This document shows, piece by piece, positions 17,627-29,252 of a stretch of 64,000 nt of DNA; the first letter of the stretch is position 1; each line of letters starts with the position of its first letter. The stretch is from Candidatus Latescibacterota bacterium (GTDB taxonomy: Bacteria > Latescibacterota > UBA2968): contig OZ241986.1 in NCBI GenBank assembly GCA_965204375.1, forward strand, positions 4,096,001 through 4,160,000. Reading direction: 5' to 3'. The translations under genes were made by a program, and so were the position numbers. The notes under the pieces were generated by a model. The model saw nothing but the letters and a program-made list of their open reading frames with translations, was not told the origin of the DNA and did no database searches.

Positions 17627-20288
17627 ACAAATCTCTATATGCGATACCCTCTCACGCGATCTGCTCAACGAAAAAAAAAGATTCGACACCTGGCCCACCG
17701 AACGCCTGTCGTACCTGCGAACCTATCTCGACACTGCCTGGGAAACGATTTATGCACACCACCAGAGCGGGGCATCGGGCAACGCTGTGGTGGCAGCACT
17801 CACACAGCGCGTCGATACACTCATCCAGGCACTGTATGCCGAAGCGATAGAAGAACACGGTGAGCCAACCGGATTTGCCGTAATCGCGCAAGGGGGATAT
17901 GGCCGAGGTGCGCTCAATCCCCACTCGGATATCGACCTGTTATTTCTCTTTCAAAAAAAAGTCCACGAAGGCGACCCCATAACGCGCGCGATTCTCCACA
18001 CCCTGTGGGATCTGCGATTTGACGTGGGATACGGCACACGCACCCTTTCCGATTGCATCACTGCAGCGCAAGACGATACCGATTCCATGACTGCAATGCT
18101 CGAAACCCGCCATCTCGCGGGCGATCCCTCCCTGAAGACCCAACTGCAAGACGCCCTTGCGCGGCGGTTTTTTGGTCGGCGCGCGCGCGGTTTTGTGGAA
18201 AAAAAATATCAGGAACGCATCCAGCGACACAGCAGATCCAAATTTTCGGTCCAACTCCTCGAACCCAATGTCAAAGAAAGCCCGGGGGGATTGCGAGATA
18301 TTCACACAGCGGGCTGGTTTTTGATGGCGCGCCGCGGCCTTCGCGCGCCCGAGGGTTTGGTAGAAGGCCATGTGCTCACGCGCAGAAATTATCAGAACTA
18401 TATTAAAGCCTTTGATTTCATGCTGCGCACGCGCAGCGAACTGCACTTTCACACGGGCAAACCCTTCGATGTACTCGAGCACGAATTGCAGCCCGCTATT
18501 GCCAAAAATCTGGGCTACAAAGACCGGGACAATGAACTGGGTGTGGAACACTTTATGCGAGACTACTACACCCATGCGCGTGCAATCAAACACCTCAGCG
18601 ACCTGATATGTGAACGCCTCAAAGGCCAATCTTCCACCGGTCGGGCTGTGGGATTGCTCACGCGCCGTCAACTCGATGACGGCACCGTGCTACACCACAC
18701 GCACATTGCCCTGCCCCAAAAGCGACGCCATTTTTTTGACAACACGCCCCATCGCCTCCTCTCCCTTTTCCTCAATTCACAGCGATTCGGCGTTCCCCTC
18801 AATGAAGCCGCCAAACAGGGAATAAAAGACCACATCCACCTCATTGACGACAGCTTCAGGTCTTCTGAGCGCGCCAGTCGCATTTTTCTCGACCTCTTCC
18901 GCGCACCCGTCGGCATTGGCACCACCCTTCGCACCATGCACGAACTCGACGTTTTGGGCACTTACGTACCCGAATTCGGCAGCCTGACCTGTTTGGTACA
19001 ATACAATCGCTATCACATCTACACAGCAGACGAACACACCCTGGTCGCTGTGGAGCGCCTCGACCATCTCGCGCGATCTCCTTCTTTACCCCACGATTTG
19101 CAGCACCTCAGACGCGTGTACAATGAAATCCCGAGAAAAGAGCTGCTCTATCTCGCACTGATGATGCACGACGTGGGAAAATCTGTTCGCGACAAAGATC
19201 ACAGCATTGTCGGCGCAGAAATGACACGGGACTTTCTCAAACGCCTTCAATTGCCCGATGACCAGATAGAAACCGTTGTTTTTCTCGTGCGCCACCACCT
19301 CTCAATGTCTGCCATTGCCCAGCGCCGCGACCTGTCAGATCAGCGCATGATCGTCGAATTTGCCAATACATTTTCACACCCCGATACTTTGCGCATGCTC
19401 TATGTCCTCACTTATGCCGACCTGTCTGCCGTCACACAAACTGCGTGGACCGCCTGGAAAGGTCACCTCTTGCGAGAACTCTACGAAAACACCTTTTATC
19501 TCCTCACCCAAAGCACCCTGCCCGACCGCGAGCAACCCGAACTACAAGACATTCAAAAAATCCTCGCTGCTCTGGAATCGCGCATCCCATATCAGACCCT
19601 TATCGAACACCTCAACAACATGCCCCCGCGCTATCCCGAGCAAAACAGCCCGGAAGAAATTGCACAGCACCTGCAACTCATCGACGCAATGGGATCCTCG
19701 CTGGTCGCCGTTAGCGTACAACCCGGCGAACTCTTTTTGGAAATCACCATCTGTACGCACGACCAATCCTTTCGCCTATCTGAAATTTGTGGTGTACTGG
19801 CAACCCACGACATCAACATCTTCAGCGCCCATGCTTATACGCGCAACGACGGCACAGTCATAGACATCTTCCAGGTCACTTCCGATATGGATGACGACGC
19901 TGCATTACGAGAAAAAATTCAACAAACCCTGACCGATGTCTTTCAAAAAAAAGAGCGCGTATCAGACCTGTTTGCCAGCTACAGTCAAAGGTGGTCCCTG
20001 AGGCGGAAGCCCACCGTTCCCATTTCTCCCAAAATCACATACGACAACAATGTTTCCATGCGCTCCACCGTCATCGATATCACGGCACAAGACGCAACAG
20101 GCCTCCTGTATCGCATCGCGCGCACCTTATCAGACCTTGGCCTCGACATCTACACCGCTCGCATTGGCACACAGGCAGATCGCGCTGTGGATGCCTTTTA
20201 CGTGCGTAAAAATGGCGATAAAATCACAGATACCGCATTGCTCGAACACATCACCCGCGAACTCACGCACGCGATTGAAAATCCTTGA
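17619..20288 (+). CDS. glnD: [Protein-PII] uridylyltransferase
   Basis: GGYGRG..PHSDIDL, EPNVKESPGGLRD, HIYTADEH, HD domain, two ACT domains. Confidence 0.95.
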   Translation: MNKQISICDTLSRDLLNEKKRFDTWPTERLSYLRTYLDTAWETIYAHHQSGASGNAVVAALTQRVDTLIQALYAEAIEEHGEPTGFAVIAQGGYGRGALNPHSDIDLLFLFQKKVHEGDPITRAILHTLWDLRFDVGYGTRTLSDCITAAQDDTDSMTAMLETRHLAGDPSLKTQLQDALARRFFGRRARGFVEKKYQERIQRHSRSKFSVQLLEPNVKESPGGLRDIHTAGWFLMARRGLRAPEGLVEGHVLTRRNYQNYIKAFDFMLRTRSELHFHTGKPFDVLEHELQPAIAKNLGYKDRDNELGVEHFMRDYYTHARAIKHLSDLICERLKGQSSTGRAVGLLTRRQLDDGTVLHHTHIALPQKRRHFFDNTPHRLLSLFLNSQRFGVPLNEAAKQGIKDHIHLIDDSFRSSERASRIFLDLFRAPVGIGTTLRTMHELDVLGTYVPEFGSLTCLVQYNRYHIYTADEHTLVAVERLDHLARSPSLPHDLQHLRRVYNEIPRKELLYLALMMHDVGKSVRDKDHSIVGAEMTRDFLKRLQLPDDQIETVVFLVRHHLSMSAIAQRRDLSDQRMIVEFANTFSHPDTLRMLYVLTYADLSAVTQTAWTAWKGHLLRELYENTFYLLTQSTLPDREQPELQDIQKILAALESRIPYQTLIEHLNNMPPRYPEQNSPEEIAQHLQLIDAMGSSLVAVSVQPGELFLEITICTHDQSFRLSEICGVLATHDINIFSAHAYTRNDGTVIDIFQVTSDMDDDAALREKIQQTLTDVFQKKERVSDLFASYSQRWSLRRKPTVPISPKITYDNNVSMRSTVIDITAQDATGLLYRIARTLSDLGLDIYTARIGTQADRAVDAFYVRKNGDKITDTALLEHITRELTHAIENP

Positions 20289-20313
20289 CAAGCCACATTG
20301 TTTGTTTTAGGTT
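20285..20313 (+). promoter_or_regulatory. sigma70 promoter upstream of rho
   Basis: TTGACA-N17-TAGGTT. Confidence 0.5.
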
Positions 20314-20502
20314 AACTTCAAAATGCATTCCCTCGCACTAATGCTCCGCATCCTGCCCCACAATCTTCCAAAACATTGTTCTCCGCAGGCTTCGCAGTAA
20401 TCCTAATGATTTCGCATAGCGTCTGTTTTGCGCCCCACATGGCATGGTGTCGTCCGGGCATGTATTTCATCTCCCCTTCCAACCCATCAGGAACCCTCAA
20501 AA

Positions 20503-21786
20503 ATGGCAATCACCGAAGAAAAATTGAACATGTTTGAGTTGCAAGAATGCAGCATACCCGAACTCAACAAACACGCACAAGCACTCAATATACAAGGCTA
20601 TAGCAGCCTGCGAAGACAAGAGCTTATCTTCGCTATTCTCCAGAGCCAAACCGCCAAAAGTGGGCGTATCTTCGCACAGGGTGTTCTCGACATCCTCGAA
20701 GACGGATTTGGCTTCCTCAGATCACCAAAGTACAATTATTTGCCCGGTCCCGACGACATTTATGTGGGCCACTCGCAAATCAAACGCTTCAACCTGCGAA
20801 CTGGAGACACCATATCGGGACATATTCGTCCACCGAGAGGCGACGAAAAATACTTCGCACTCATTCGCGTTGAAGCCGTCAATTTTGAAGATCCTGAAGT
20901 CGCAAAACAAAAAATCCTATTTGACAATCTCACACCACTACACCCGGACGAACGCATCGATCTCGAGTACGACTCCCAGGACATCTCTACTCGCATCATG
21001 AATCTCCTCACCCCAATAGGCAAAGGTCAACGCGGCATGATTGTCGCGCCCCCATTTACGGGCAAAACCATGCTCTTGCAAAAAATTGCCAATGCCATTA
21101 CCCAAAACCATCCCGAAATCACGCTCATTGTCCTCCTCATTGACGAGCGCCCCGAAGAAGTCACAGACATGCTCCGTTCGGTCGAAGGCGAAGTCGTCAG
21201 CTCCACCTTTGACGAACCCCCACCCCGACATGTCCAGGTAGCCGACATGGTCATAGAAAAAGCCAAGCGATTGGTCGAACACCAGCAGGATGTCGTCATC
21301 TTGCTCGACAGCATCACCCGCTTAGCCCGAGCCTATAACACCGTAGCCCCCCACAGTGGGCGCGTTCTCACCGGGGGCCTCGACTCGACGGCCATGCAGT
21401 GGCCCAAGCGATTTTTTGGCGCAGCGCGCAATATCGAAGAAGGGGGTAGCCTGACCATCCTGGCAACGGCCCTCGTCGAAACCGGAAGCCGTATGGATGA
21501 AGTCATCTTCGAAGAATTTAAAGGCACGGGCAACATGGAACTCAAACTGGACCGTCGGCTCTCCAACCGCCGCATCTTTCCCGCCATTGACGTATCCATG
21601 TCCAGCACGCGCAAAGAAGAACTCCTGCTCAAAGAAAAAGAACTCAATCGCGTTTGGGTCTTGCGAAAACTACTCAACCAGATGCAACCTCTGGAAGCGA
21701 TGGAATTCTTCACAGAACGCACCAAAGAAAACAAAACCAACGAAGACTTTCTCAATGCCATGAGCGAACCGGTCCACGCCTTCTAA
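20503..21786 (+). CDS. rho: Transcription termination factor Rho
   Basis: [46 protein letters not shown]. Confidence 0.97.
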   Translation: MAITEEKLNMFELQECSIPELNKHAQALNIQGYSSLRRQELIFAILQSQTAKSGRIFAQGVLDILEDGFGFLRSPKYNYLPGPDDIYVGHSQIKRFNLRTGDTISGHIRPPRGDEKYFALIRVEAVNFEDPEVAKQKILFDNLTPLHPDERIDLEYDSQDISTRIMNLLTPIGKGQRGMIVAPPFTGKTMLLQKIANAITQNHPEITLIVLLIDERPEEVTDMLRSVEGEVVSSTFDEPPPRHVQVADMVIEKAKRLVEHQQDVVILLDSITRLARAYNTVAPHSGRVLTGGLDSTAMQWPKRFFGAARNIEEGGSLTILATALVETGSRMDEVIFEEFKGTGNMELKLDRRLSNRRIFPAIDVSMSSTRKEELLLKEKELNRVWVLRKLLNQMQPLEAMEFFTERTKENKTNEDFLNAMSEPVHAF

Positions 21787-21796
21787 GCTCTGCAAC

Positions 21797-21825
21797 TTGA
21801 TTATTTTTGGGCATTTTGGTATATT
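21797..21825 (+). promoter_or_regulatory. sigma70 promoter upstream of rpmE2
   Basis: TTGATT-N17-TATATT with extended -10 TG. Confidence 0.55.
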
Positions 21826-21900
21826 CTTTGGCCCGCGGAAGTCTCGCAACCTGTTTTACTTTTTCAACATACTGAAATTGAACAACTTGAGGATAATCTC

Positions 21901-22191
21901 ATGAAACCCGATATTCATCCAGAATACCGCGACGTGATCTTTGAAGACGTCAGTGCCAACCCACCATTTCGGGTCAAAACGCGATCGACGCGCACCTCTG
22001 AAGAAACCATCGAATGGGAAGACGGCAACACCTATCCACTGATCAAAATGGAAATCAGTTCGGCTACCCATCCCTTCTTCACGGGCAAGATGATGCTCGT
22101 TGACACCGCCGGTATGGTCGAGCGCTATCGCCGCCGGTATGGTATTGAAAGCGACGAAGAAGAAAACGCAGAAGAAAAAACGGACAGTTAG
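21901..22191 (+). CDS. rpmE2: 50S ribosomal protein L31 type B (Cys-free)
   Basis: [34 protein letters not shown]; no CxxC. Confidence 0.92.
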   Translation: MKPDIHPEYRDVIFEDVSANPPFRVKTRSTRTSEETIEWEDGNTYPLIKMEISSATHPFFTGKMMLVDTAGMVERYRRRYGIESDEEENAEEKTDS

Positions 22192-22208
22192 CAACGCAAT
22201 CCACATTC

Positions 22209-22252
22209 AAAAGGGTGAAACGGCCGCATGCCGCGACTGTTTCGCCCTTTTT
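22209..22252 (+). terminator. Hairpin/terminator between rpmE2 and prfA
   Basis: AAAAGGGTGAAACGG...CTGTTTCGCCCTTTTT. Confidence 0.55.
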
Positions 22253-22284
22253 GTATAGCTATCGGCTTTTAGCTTCCCGCCCTT

Positions 22285-22305
22285 CACACTTCTCACTTCA
22301 CACTT
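22285..22305. repeat. Heptamer array directly before the prfA ATG
   Basis: CACACTT CTCACTT CACACTT, 5 nt before the start. Confidence 0.8.
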
Positions 22306-22310
22306 CTAAA

Positions 22311-23378
22311 ATGTTTGAACAACTCAAAACCATTGAAACCCGCTATTTCAAACTCGGCGAAGAAATGGCCAGGCCCGAAGTCGCCTCAAACCCCAACCGC
22401 CTTCGCAAACTCGGCAAAGAATACCGCGACCTCGAAGAAATCGTCACAACTTACCGAAACTACAACAACGTGCGCGAAGAACTGGGCGATATAAATGACA
22501 TCATCAGCACTTCCGATGATGCCGAACTCGTCGATATGGCCCAAATGGAAAAAGAGGACCTCGATCAACGGGAATCGGACCTGTCCAACACGCTCAAAAT
22601 GCTCTTAATCCCCAAAGACCCCAACGACGACAAAGACACCGTCGTCGAAATACGCGCAGGCGCGGGAGGAGAAGAAGCCGCCCTCTTTGCCGCCGACCTC
22701 CACCGCATGTATTCGCGCTATGCAGAACACACCGGGGGACGCTGTGAAATCCTCAGCTCAAACCCCACGGGAATTGGTGGATACAAAGAGATCATATTCT
22801 TAGCCGTTGGCAACGGCATCTACGGCAGATTAAAATACGAAAGCGGCGTACACCGGGTCCAGCGCATACCCGAAACCGAATCCAGCGGTCGCATCCACAC
22901 CTCGACAGCTACCGTAGCCGTTCTTCCCGATGCAGAAGACGTCGATATAGACATCGACCTCAACGACCTCAAAATAGATGTCTTTCGCTCATCAGGTCCC
23001 GGAGGCCAAAGCGTCAACACCACCGACTCGGCCGTGCGCATCACCCACCTGCCATCGGGACTCGTCGTTACGTGTCAGGACGAAAAATCCCAGCACAAAA
23101 ACAGAGCCAAAGCACTCAAAGTCTTGCGCTCGCGCCTGCTGGATCAGGCCATCCGCGAACAACAGGCCAAAACCGCCGCCGACCGCCGCTCACAAATTGG
23201 CAGCGGCGACCGAAGCGCGAAAATTCGCACCTACAATTTCCCACAGGGACGCGTAACCGACCACCGCATCAAACTCACCCTGCACAGACTCGAAGACATT
23301 CTGGACGGCAACATCGCAGAATTCATCGAAGCCCTTCGCCTCTCTGACCAAACGGAAAAACTCAAACAGCAAGAATAA
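22311..23378 (+). CDS. prfA: Peptide chain release factor 1
   Basis: PET motif (RIPETE), [21 protein letters not shown]. Confidence 0.97.
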   Translation: MFEQLKTIETRYFKLGEEMARPEVASNPNRLRKLGKEYRDLEEIVTTYRNYNNVREELGDINDIISTSDDAELVDMAQMEKEDLDQRESDLSNTLKMLLIPKDPNDDKDTVVEIRAGAGGEEAALFAADLHRMYSRYAEHTGGRCEILSSNPTGIGGYKEIIFLAVGNGIYGRLKYESGVHRVQRIPETESSGRIHTSTATVAVLPDAEDVDIDIDLNDLKIDVFRSSGPGGQSVNTTDSAVRITHLPSGLVVTCQDEKSQHKNRAKALKVLRSRLLDQAIREQQAKTAADRRSQIGSGDRSAKIRTYNFPQGRVTDHRIKLTLHRLEDILDGNIAEFIEALRLSDQTEKLKQQE

Positions 23379-23398
23379 ATCTTCTAATCCCCACCCCC

Positions 23399-24265
23399 AT
23401 GTCCTCCTCCATTCCCCACCTCCTGACCTGGGCCAGAGACATCCTCATCAAAGCGGGTGTACCCAGTCCACAGGCAGATGCCGAATGGACACTCGCCCAT
23501 GTGCTCGAATGCGCGCGTTCAGAACTGCTTATGCGGGCGCACCAGCCGCTCACACCTGCACAAAACGCGACCTTTCGCAATTTGATACACCGCCGCGCCA
23601 ATCGCATCCCCCTGCAACACCTTTTGGGCAACACCGAATTTTACGGCCTCCCATTTCACACCTCGCCCGATGCCCTGATCCCTCGGCCGGAAACAGAAAC
23701 CCTTGTCGAAGTAGTCCTCAACCAATTAAACACCTGCACAAATCCCCGCATCCTCGACATTGGCACCGGATCGGGAATCATCGCCATCACCCTGGGCAAA
23801 ACACTCACAGGATCGCATGTAATCGCCACAGACATATCGCGCAAAGCACTCCACCTCGCCCGCCAAAACGCCCATCTCAATGGCATTGCCGACCGCATTT
23901 CCTTTCTCCAAACCGACCTCCTCGCACCCTTTGCAACGCCAGAAAGCTTCAATGCCATCCTCTCCAACCCCCCCTATATTCCCAGCAACGCAATCGACGC
24001 GCTACAACCCGAAGTCCGCGACTTTGATCCTCGCCTCGCCCTGGACGGAGGCAGAGACGGCCTCGACTTCTATCGCAAAATCATACCCACAAGCGTCCCC
24101 TTGCTCGCGCGGGGCGGGCTATTGGGTTTGGAAATCGGCCACGACCAGGCTCGCGCCGTCGCCCAACTGCTCAACCGACAAATTGGCCTCACCCACATCA
24201 CGACCCACACCGACCTGAGTGGATATCCCCGCGTTGTGCTTGCACGAGCAACCGCCAATTGCTAA
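23399..24265 (+). CDS. prmC: Release factor glutamine methyltransferase
   Basis: LIPRPETE, LDIGTGSG, SNPPY. Confidence 0.95.
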   Translation: MSSSIPHLLTWARDILIKAGVPSPQADAEWTLAHVLECARSELLMRAHQPLTPAQNATFRNLIHRRANRIPLQHLLGNTEFYGLPFHTSPDALIPRPETETLVEVVLNQLNTCTNPRILDIGTGSGIIAITLGKTLTGSHVIATDISRKALHLARQNAHLNGIADRISFLQTDLLAPFATPESFNAILSNPPYIPSNAIDALQPEVRDFDPRLALDGGRDGLDFYRKIIPTSVPLLARGGLLGLEIGHDQARAVAQLLNRQIGLTHITTHTDLSGYPRVVLARATANC

Positions 24266-24355
24266 TCATTGACTTTTACGACCTTTTTTGTTAATTTCTC
24301 ACGCCTTAAACCCATCGTTTTTTATACGTTTGTCTCACCCCTTGATAAACGCGCC

Positions 24356-25324
24356 ATGTTAGACCAAATTTTCGCGCCTATCCAATATCAGATCGCACGC
24401 TTTGAAACCCGTCTCGAAGAAATTATGACGGCCTCTGATGTCGGAGGCATACAAGAAATGGCCTATCACGTTGTTAAAAACAGGGGCAGGCGTTTTCGAC
24501 CTGCTCTTGCATTCTTAACAGCGCAGGCCGTGGGCGAGTGTTCAGACGCGGTAATCGATGCTGCTGTAGGCGTTGAAATTATACAAACGGCATCGCTCAT
24601 TCACGATGACGTAATCGACAACGCAGAAACGCGCCGGGGAGACGACGTCCTGCATCTGCAATGGGGCAACCGCGCAGCCATTTTGATGGGCGATTTTCTC
24701 TTTGCCAAATCAATGCAAGTGCTCGTTGGCCTCAACTCTCTACCGGTCATGAACGCCACGACCCACGCGATTCAGCGCGTCGTTGAAGGAGAAATCCTCG
24801 AGGGCGAAGTATCTTCTGCAGGTGAAGCCGCGCTCTATTTCCGCATGATCAACCAAAAAACGGCATCTCTGCTCGCGCTGGCTTGCGAATTGGGTGCTAT
24901 TTTGGGAAAAGGATCGCCCAACCAGATCGCTCGCATGGCGTCTTTCGGCAGCGAAATAGGCGTCGCCTTCCAGATTACCGACGACGTCCTCGACCTGATG
25001 GGCAGTGCAAATAACATGGGCAAGCCTACGGGAAATGACCTTCGAGAAAAAAAATTGACCTTGCCCTTAATTCGGGCACTGTCAAATTGCAAAAATGGCG
25101 AAGCTGCCCACATTCGCAACAAAGTACTCAATGGTGTAGAAAGCGACAGCGACTGGCGAGAAATCATTCGCTTTGTCCAGCGCTATCGGGGCGTAGAAGC
25201 CGCGCGAGAAGAAGCGCGTTCTTATGCCCAATCCGCCCTCAAAAACCTGAACGCACTACACACCTCCCGCGCGCGCGACGCGCTCGTATTGGCGGTTCAA
25301 CACGTAGTTGAACGCGACCGATAA
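24356..25324 (+). CDS. Polyprenyl diphosphate synthase
   Basis: LIHDDVID..RRG and FQITDDVLD aspartate-rich motifs. Confidence 0.92.
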   Translation: MLDQIFAPIQYQIARFETRLEEIMTASDVGGIQEMAYHVVKNRGRRFRPALAFLTAQAVGECSDAVIDAAVGVEIIQTASLIHDDVIDNAETRRGDDVLHLQWGNRAAILMGDFLFAKSMQVLVGLNSLPVMNATTHAIQRVVEGEILEGEVSSAGEAALYFRMINQKTASLLALACELGAILGKGSPNQIARMASFGSEIGVAFQITDDVLDLMGSANNMGKPTGNDLREKKLTLPLIRALSNCKNGEAAHIRNKVLNGVESDSDWREIIRFVQRYRGVEAAREEARSYAQSALKNLNALHTSRARDALVLAVQHVVERDR

Positions 25325-25354
25325 ATCACACTATAAACGGAGTAACCCCCTGCG

Positions 25355-27883
25355 ATGACCCGAGAATACTGGCGTTTGTTAATTATAGGTGCGACCATAG
25401 TGCTCGCACTTTTTTATCTCTATCCCACCTACCAATTTTACTACGCACCTCCAGAAAATTTAGACCAACGAGAGCGCGTAAAACAGCAAGCCATCAACCT
25501 CGGATTAGACTTACAAGGGGGCATCCACCTCGTTCTCGAAGTGGATCAAACCAATCTATCAGAAGATGAAAAAACAGACGTGGTTGCGCGCGCCCTCGAA
25601 ATTATCCGCAATCGCATTGACCAATTTGGCGTCTCTGAACCCATTATTCACCGCGAAGGCGATTGGCGCCTCGTGGTCGAATTGCCGGGTGTGCAAGACA
25701 TCGAACGCGCCAAGGGCCTGATCGGCAAAACCGCGCGCCTCGAATTCAAAATCCTCAAATCCGACGCCGACCGCGTTGGCATAATTGAAAAAATCGACCG
25801 ACACCTTGCCGTACAAGCACCTGTTGACAGCGCGCAAGCCGCAGACCCGCTCCTCGGACAAACAGCCGAAGACACCCCCTCTCTCGCCCGCTATGTGCGC
25901 GCTTATGGGCCGGACCTCGTGGTCATGGAAGACAACATCCTGACCGTGCGGGAACTTCTGAGTCGCCCGGACATACAAAAGCTCCTGCCACCCGACGCGC
26001 AATTCCTGTGGAATTCCAAAGTCGAAGAAATGGGCGATGGTCAACTCTATCGCGCGCTCTATTATCTCAAAACGCGCATAGAAATGACGGGTGAAATCCT
26101 CTCTGATGCCTCTGTCACAACCGGGCAATCCTTTGAAAACGCCGGTCAACCCATTGTCAACTTTACCACCACCAGCCAGGGCGTGCGCCTCTTTGGACGG
26201 GTCACGGGCGCCAATGTGGGCGAACGCATGGCCATCATCCTCGACGATCAGGTCTATTCCGCGCCCACAATCCGCTCCAAAATCAGCCAGGGATCGGGCA
26301 TTATCGAAGGCACTGGCACGGTTGATGAAGCCAAAGACCTCGCCATAGTCCTGCGCGCAGGTGCGCTACCCGCCGACGTCAACATCGTCGAAGACCGCAC
26401 CGTGGGACCATCGCTTGGGCGCGACTCCATAGAACAGGGCAGAAATGCAGCCCTCATTGGCCTCGTCATCGTCATCATCTTCATGGTCATCTACTACGGT
26501 TTTTCGGGCCTTGTCGCAGACCTCGCGCTCGTACTCAACCTCGTCTTTGTCCTGGCCGTACTCGCGGCATTTCAAGGCACGCTCACCCTGCCCGGCATAG
26601 CGGGTATTATCCTGACCATAGGTATGGCAGTAGATGCCAACGTGCTGATCCTCGAACGCATCCGCGAGGAACTGCGCGCGGAAAAAACCCTGCGAGTAGC
26701 CATTGAAAATGGTTATGCGCGCGCCGTACAGACCATTGTAGATGCCAACGTAACCACCATCATCACAGCCATCGTGCTCTACCAATACGGCACCGGTCCC
26801 ATCAAGGGATTTGCACTCACCCTGATGATCGGTATCATCTCCTCGATGTTCACCGCCATCTTTGTCACGCGCACCATTTACGACACCATTGTCTCGCGCC
26901 AGGTCAATCCCCGCCTCAGCATCGGCAGGCTGCGCGTATTTGGCGACACCAGCATCAACTTTCTCGGTGTTCGACGGGGCGCTTTCATCTTATCGGCTGT
27001 TCTCATCCTGTTCGGCCTGGGATCCACCATCACCAAAGGCGGTTATAACCTGGGCATCGACTTTGCCGGCGGCACATTGCTCGAACTGCACTTTGATCCC
27101 CCGGCCACTGTCGGCGACATCCGCCAATCTCTGGGCGACGTCCGCGTTGAGGACCAGAGCATGGACCTGCGCAACAGCGAAATCAAAGAATTCGGCTCGG
27201 TCAACGACATCCTCATTCGCGTTGAAGAAGAAGCCGAAGGCACAGCCATTGCAGATGCCATAAAAACCAGACTCAAATCCGATTTTGCCGGCAATATTCA
27301 AGACGAGACCGAGTGGTTGCGGCGGCAGGAAGCCGTCGGACCCAAAATTGGCGAAGAACTCAAAAACAATGCCGTATATGCCATCCTCGTCGCAATGATA
27401 CTCATTATCATTTACGTGTGGTGGCGCTTCAGACAGATCGAATTTGGGATTGCAGCCGTCATCGCCCTATTCCACGACGTCATGATCACCCTCGGAATCT
27501 TTTCAGTTCTAAATTGGGAGATCTCCCTGGCCATTGTGGCGGCCTTGCTCACCATTGTGGGATACTCCCTCAACGATACAATCGTGGTCTATGACCGCAT
27601 CCGCGAAGACATCAAATTGTATCGCCGAGATACATTTACCACCGTAATCAACCGCGCCATCAACGAGTGTCTCAACCGCACAGTACTCACCTCGGGCACC
27701 ACTATGCTCGTCGTCCTCTCCCTCATCTTCCTGGGCGGAGAAGTAATCCGCGACTTTGCATTCGCCCTGCTCATCGGCGTCATCGTGGGAACCTACTCCT
27801 CGGCATTTGTCGCATCGCCCATCGTGGTCGAATGGCACAACCGCCGGGAGGCAAAAGCGAGACAGGGACGGAGTGCGGCGTAG
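25355..27883 (+). CDS. secDF: Fused protein translocase subunit SecDF
   Basis: NLGLDLQGG, GMAVDANV..ERIREE, LGIDFAGG, GYSLNDTIVVYDRIRE. Confidence 0.95.
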   Translation: MTREYWRLLIIGATIVLALFYLYPTYQFYYAPPENLDQRERVKQQAINLGLDLQGGIHLVLEVDQTNLSEDEKTDVVARALEIIRNRIDQFGVSEPIIHREGDWRLVVELPGVQDIERAKGLIGKTARLEFKILKSDADRVGIIEKIDRHLAVQAPVDSAQAADPLLGQTAEDTPSLARYVRAYGPDLVVMEDNILTVRELLSRPDIQKLLPPDAQFLWNSKVEEMGDGQLYRALYYLKTRIEMTGEILSDASVTTGQSFENAGQPIVNFTTTSQGVRLFGRVTGANVGERMAIILDDQVYSAPTIRSKISQGSGIIEGTGTVDEAKDLAIVLRAGALPADVNIVEDRTVGPSLGRDSIEQGRNAALIGLVIVIIFMVIYYGFSGLVADLALVLNLVFVLAVLAAFQGTLTLPGIAGIILTIGMAVDANVLILERIREELRAEKTLRVAIENGYARAVQTIVDANVTTIITAIVLYQYGTGPIKGFALTLMIGIISSMFTAIFVTRTIYDTIVSRQVNPRLSIGRLRVFGDTSINFLGVRRGAFILSAVLILFGLGSTITKGGYNLGIDFAGGTLLELHFDPPATVGDIRQSLGDVRVEDQSMDLRNSEIKEFGSVNDILIRVEEEAEGTAIADAIKTRLKSDFAGNIQDETEWLRRQEAVGPKIGEELKNNAVYAILVAMILIIIYVWWRFRQIEFGIAAVIALFHDVMITLGIFSVLNWEISLAIVAALLTIVGYSLNDTIVVYDRIREDIKLYRRDTFTTVINRAINECLNRTVLTSGTTMLVVLSLIFLGGEVIRDFAFALLIGVIVGTYSSAFVASPIVVEWHNRREAKARQGRSAA

Positions 27884-27900
27884 GTTGAGCTGAATACAAT

Positions 27901-27943
27901 AAAAAAAGCACCTGATCAGATGAGATTGATCGGGTGCTTTTTT
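27901..27943. terminator. Bidirectional terminator between convergent genes
   Basis: A7-GCACCTGATCA..TGATCGGGTGC-T6. Confidence 0.85.
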
Positions 27944-27961
27944 ATTCGCGTATATCCTTAT

Positions 27962-29044
27962 TTATCCCCCATCCGCATACGCCCGTGTAATATCGATAAT
28001 CAACGCGATATCATACCGCGCATCTTCCACGGGTGTGCGGCACGGCTCGCCATCTGTAATACACGCGTGAAAATGCCGAAGTTCTCGCACAAACGGACTC
28101 TCCCAATCAATCTCGGGACTGCGCGTACCGTGAGACCCATTGGCGTGGATCTCCAGCACATCGAGCGTTGACAAAATCCCCCGTGCAAAACCCGTGGGAT
28201 ACGACAGAATAACGCGCTTATCGTCCTTGTGGACCTCGAGCGTCTCCTTAAAATGCCACAAATCGGGCAAATCGATCCACGTAGCCACACACCGCGCCCC
28301 CGATGCATATTGCAAAATCGTCGTCATCGCCCGCCCGCCTTGCCACACCTCGGTACTCACCACGCGCGTCGGATTCCCCAGCATCAGACGCAAACCGTAC
28401 AAATCGTGAATCATACTCCCCGACAGCGTAAAAAACGCCCGCGCGACATCATCCGACACATCGCCCACCGCCTGTTTCAAAGCCGCCTGCCGCGCTTTGT
28501 TTCTCTCAACTGCCGCTTCGGGTGGCAAATCGTCAAAATAGGTCAACTCAAACTGCTTCAAATGCAAATTATTATTCGGATGCAAATGATTCACCTGCAC
28601 AAAACGCACATCGCCCGCAACCCCCACCTCCTCCCGTGCCAACTCATACGCCGGATCATAAACCTTCATATATCCCACCTGTCCCACTGTACCCGCTCGC
28701 TCTCTCGCAGCACATATCGCATCGACCTCCTCGAGCGAATAACACATCGGCTTCTCAATAAACACATGCTTGCCCGCCTCAAAAGCCGCCACCGCCAATT
28801 CCGTCTTCGGATCCGCATGGCACAAAATCACCGCATCCACATCCCGCGCCTGTAACAACTCCTGCGGATCCGTCGTAAAATTCGGCACGCCAAAAACCTC
28901 TGCCAGCCACCTCGCCAACCCCGGCGAAATATCGCACACCCACGTCACCTCATAAAGCGCGTGCAAAATCCCCAAATTCGGCATATGCTGCACCTGAGCA
29001 ATCGCCCCGCAACCAATAACTCCCATCCTGATTTTTGCCATCAC
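27962..29044 (-). CDS. Gfo/Idh/MocA family oxidoreductase
   Basis: GVIGCGAIA, GKHVFIEKP, IHD. Confidence 0.88.
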   Translation of the reverse strand: MMAKIRMGVIGCGAIAQVQHMPNLGILHALYEVTWVCDISPGLARWLAEVFGVPNFTTDPQELLQARDVDAVILCHADPKTELAVAAFEAGKHVFIEKPMCYSLEEVDAICAARERAGTVGQVGYMKVYDPAYELAREEVGVAGDVRFVQVNHLHPNNNLHLKQFELTYFDDLPPEAAVERNKARQAALKQAVGDVSDDVARAFFTLSGSMIHDLYGLRLMLGNPTRVVSTEVWQGGRAMTTILQYASGARCVATWIDLPDLWHFKETLEVHKDDKRVILSYPTGFARGILSTLDVLEIHANGSHGTRSPEIDWESPFVRELRHFHACITDGEPCRTPVEDARYDIALIIDITRAYADGG

Positions 29045-29059
29045 ATCCTCCTGAGAAGC

Positions 29060-29252
29060 AAGTTAGAAGGAAGAAGTGAGAAGTGAGAAGGCCCCGCCCA
29101 ACCCTTCTCACGTCTCACATTTTGCGTTTCACCTGCCTTTCCTACTTCACACTTCCTACTTCACACTTCCTACTTCACACTTCCTACTTCACACTTCCTA
29201 CTTCACACTTCCTACTTCACACTTCCTACTTCACACTTCCTACTTCACACTT
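29060..29252. repeat. Composite heptamer element: (GAAGTGA)n arm, core, (CCTACTTCACACTT)8 arm
   Basis: 8 exact 14-mers at 29141-29252 ending at the pcp stop; core shared with 45218-45305. Confidence 0.92.
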
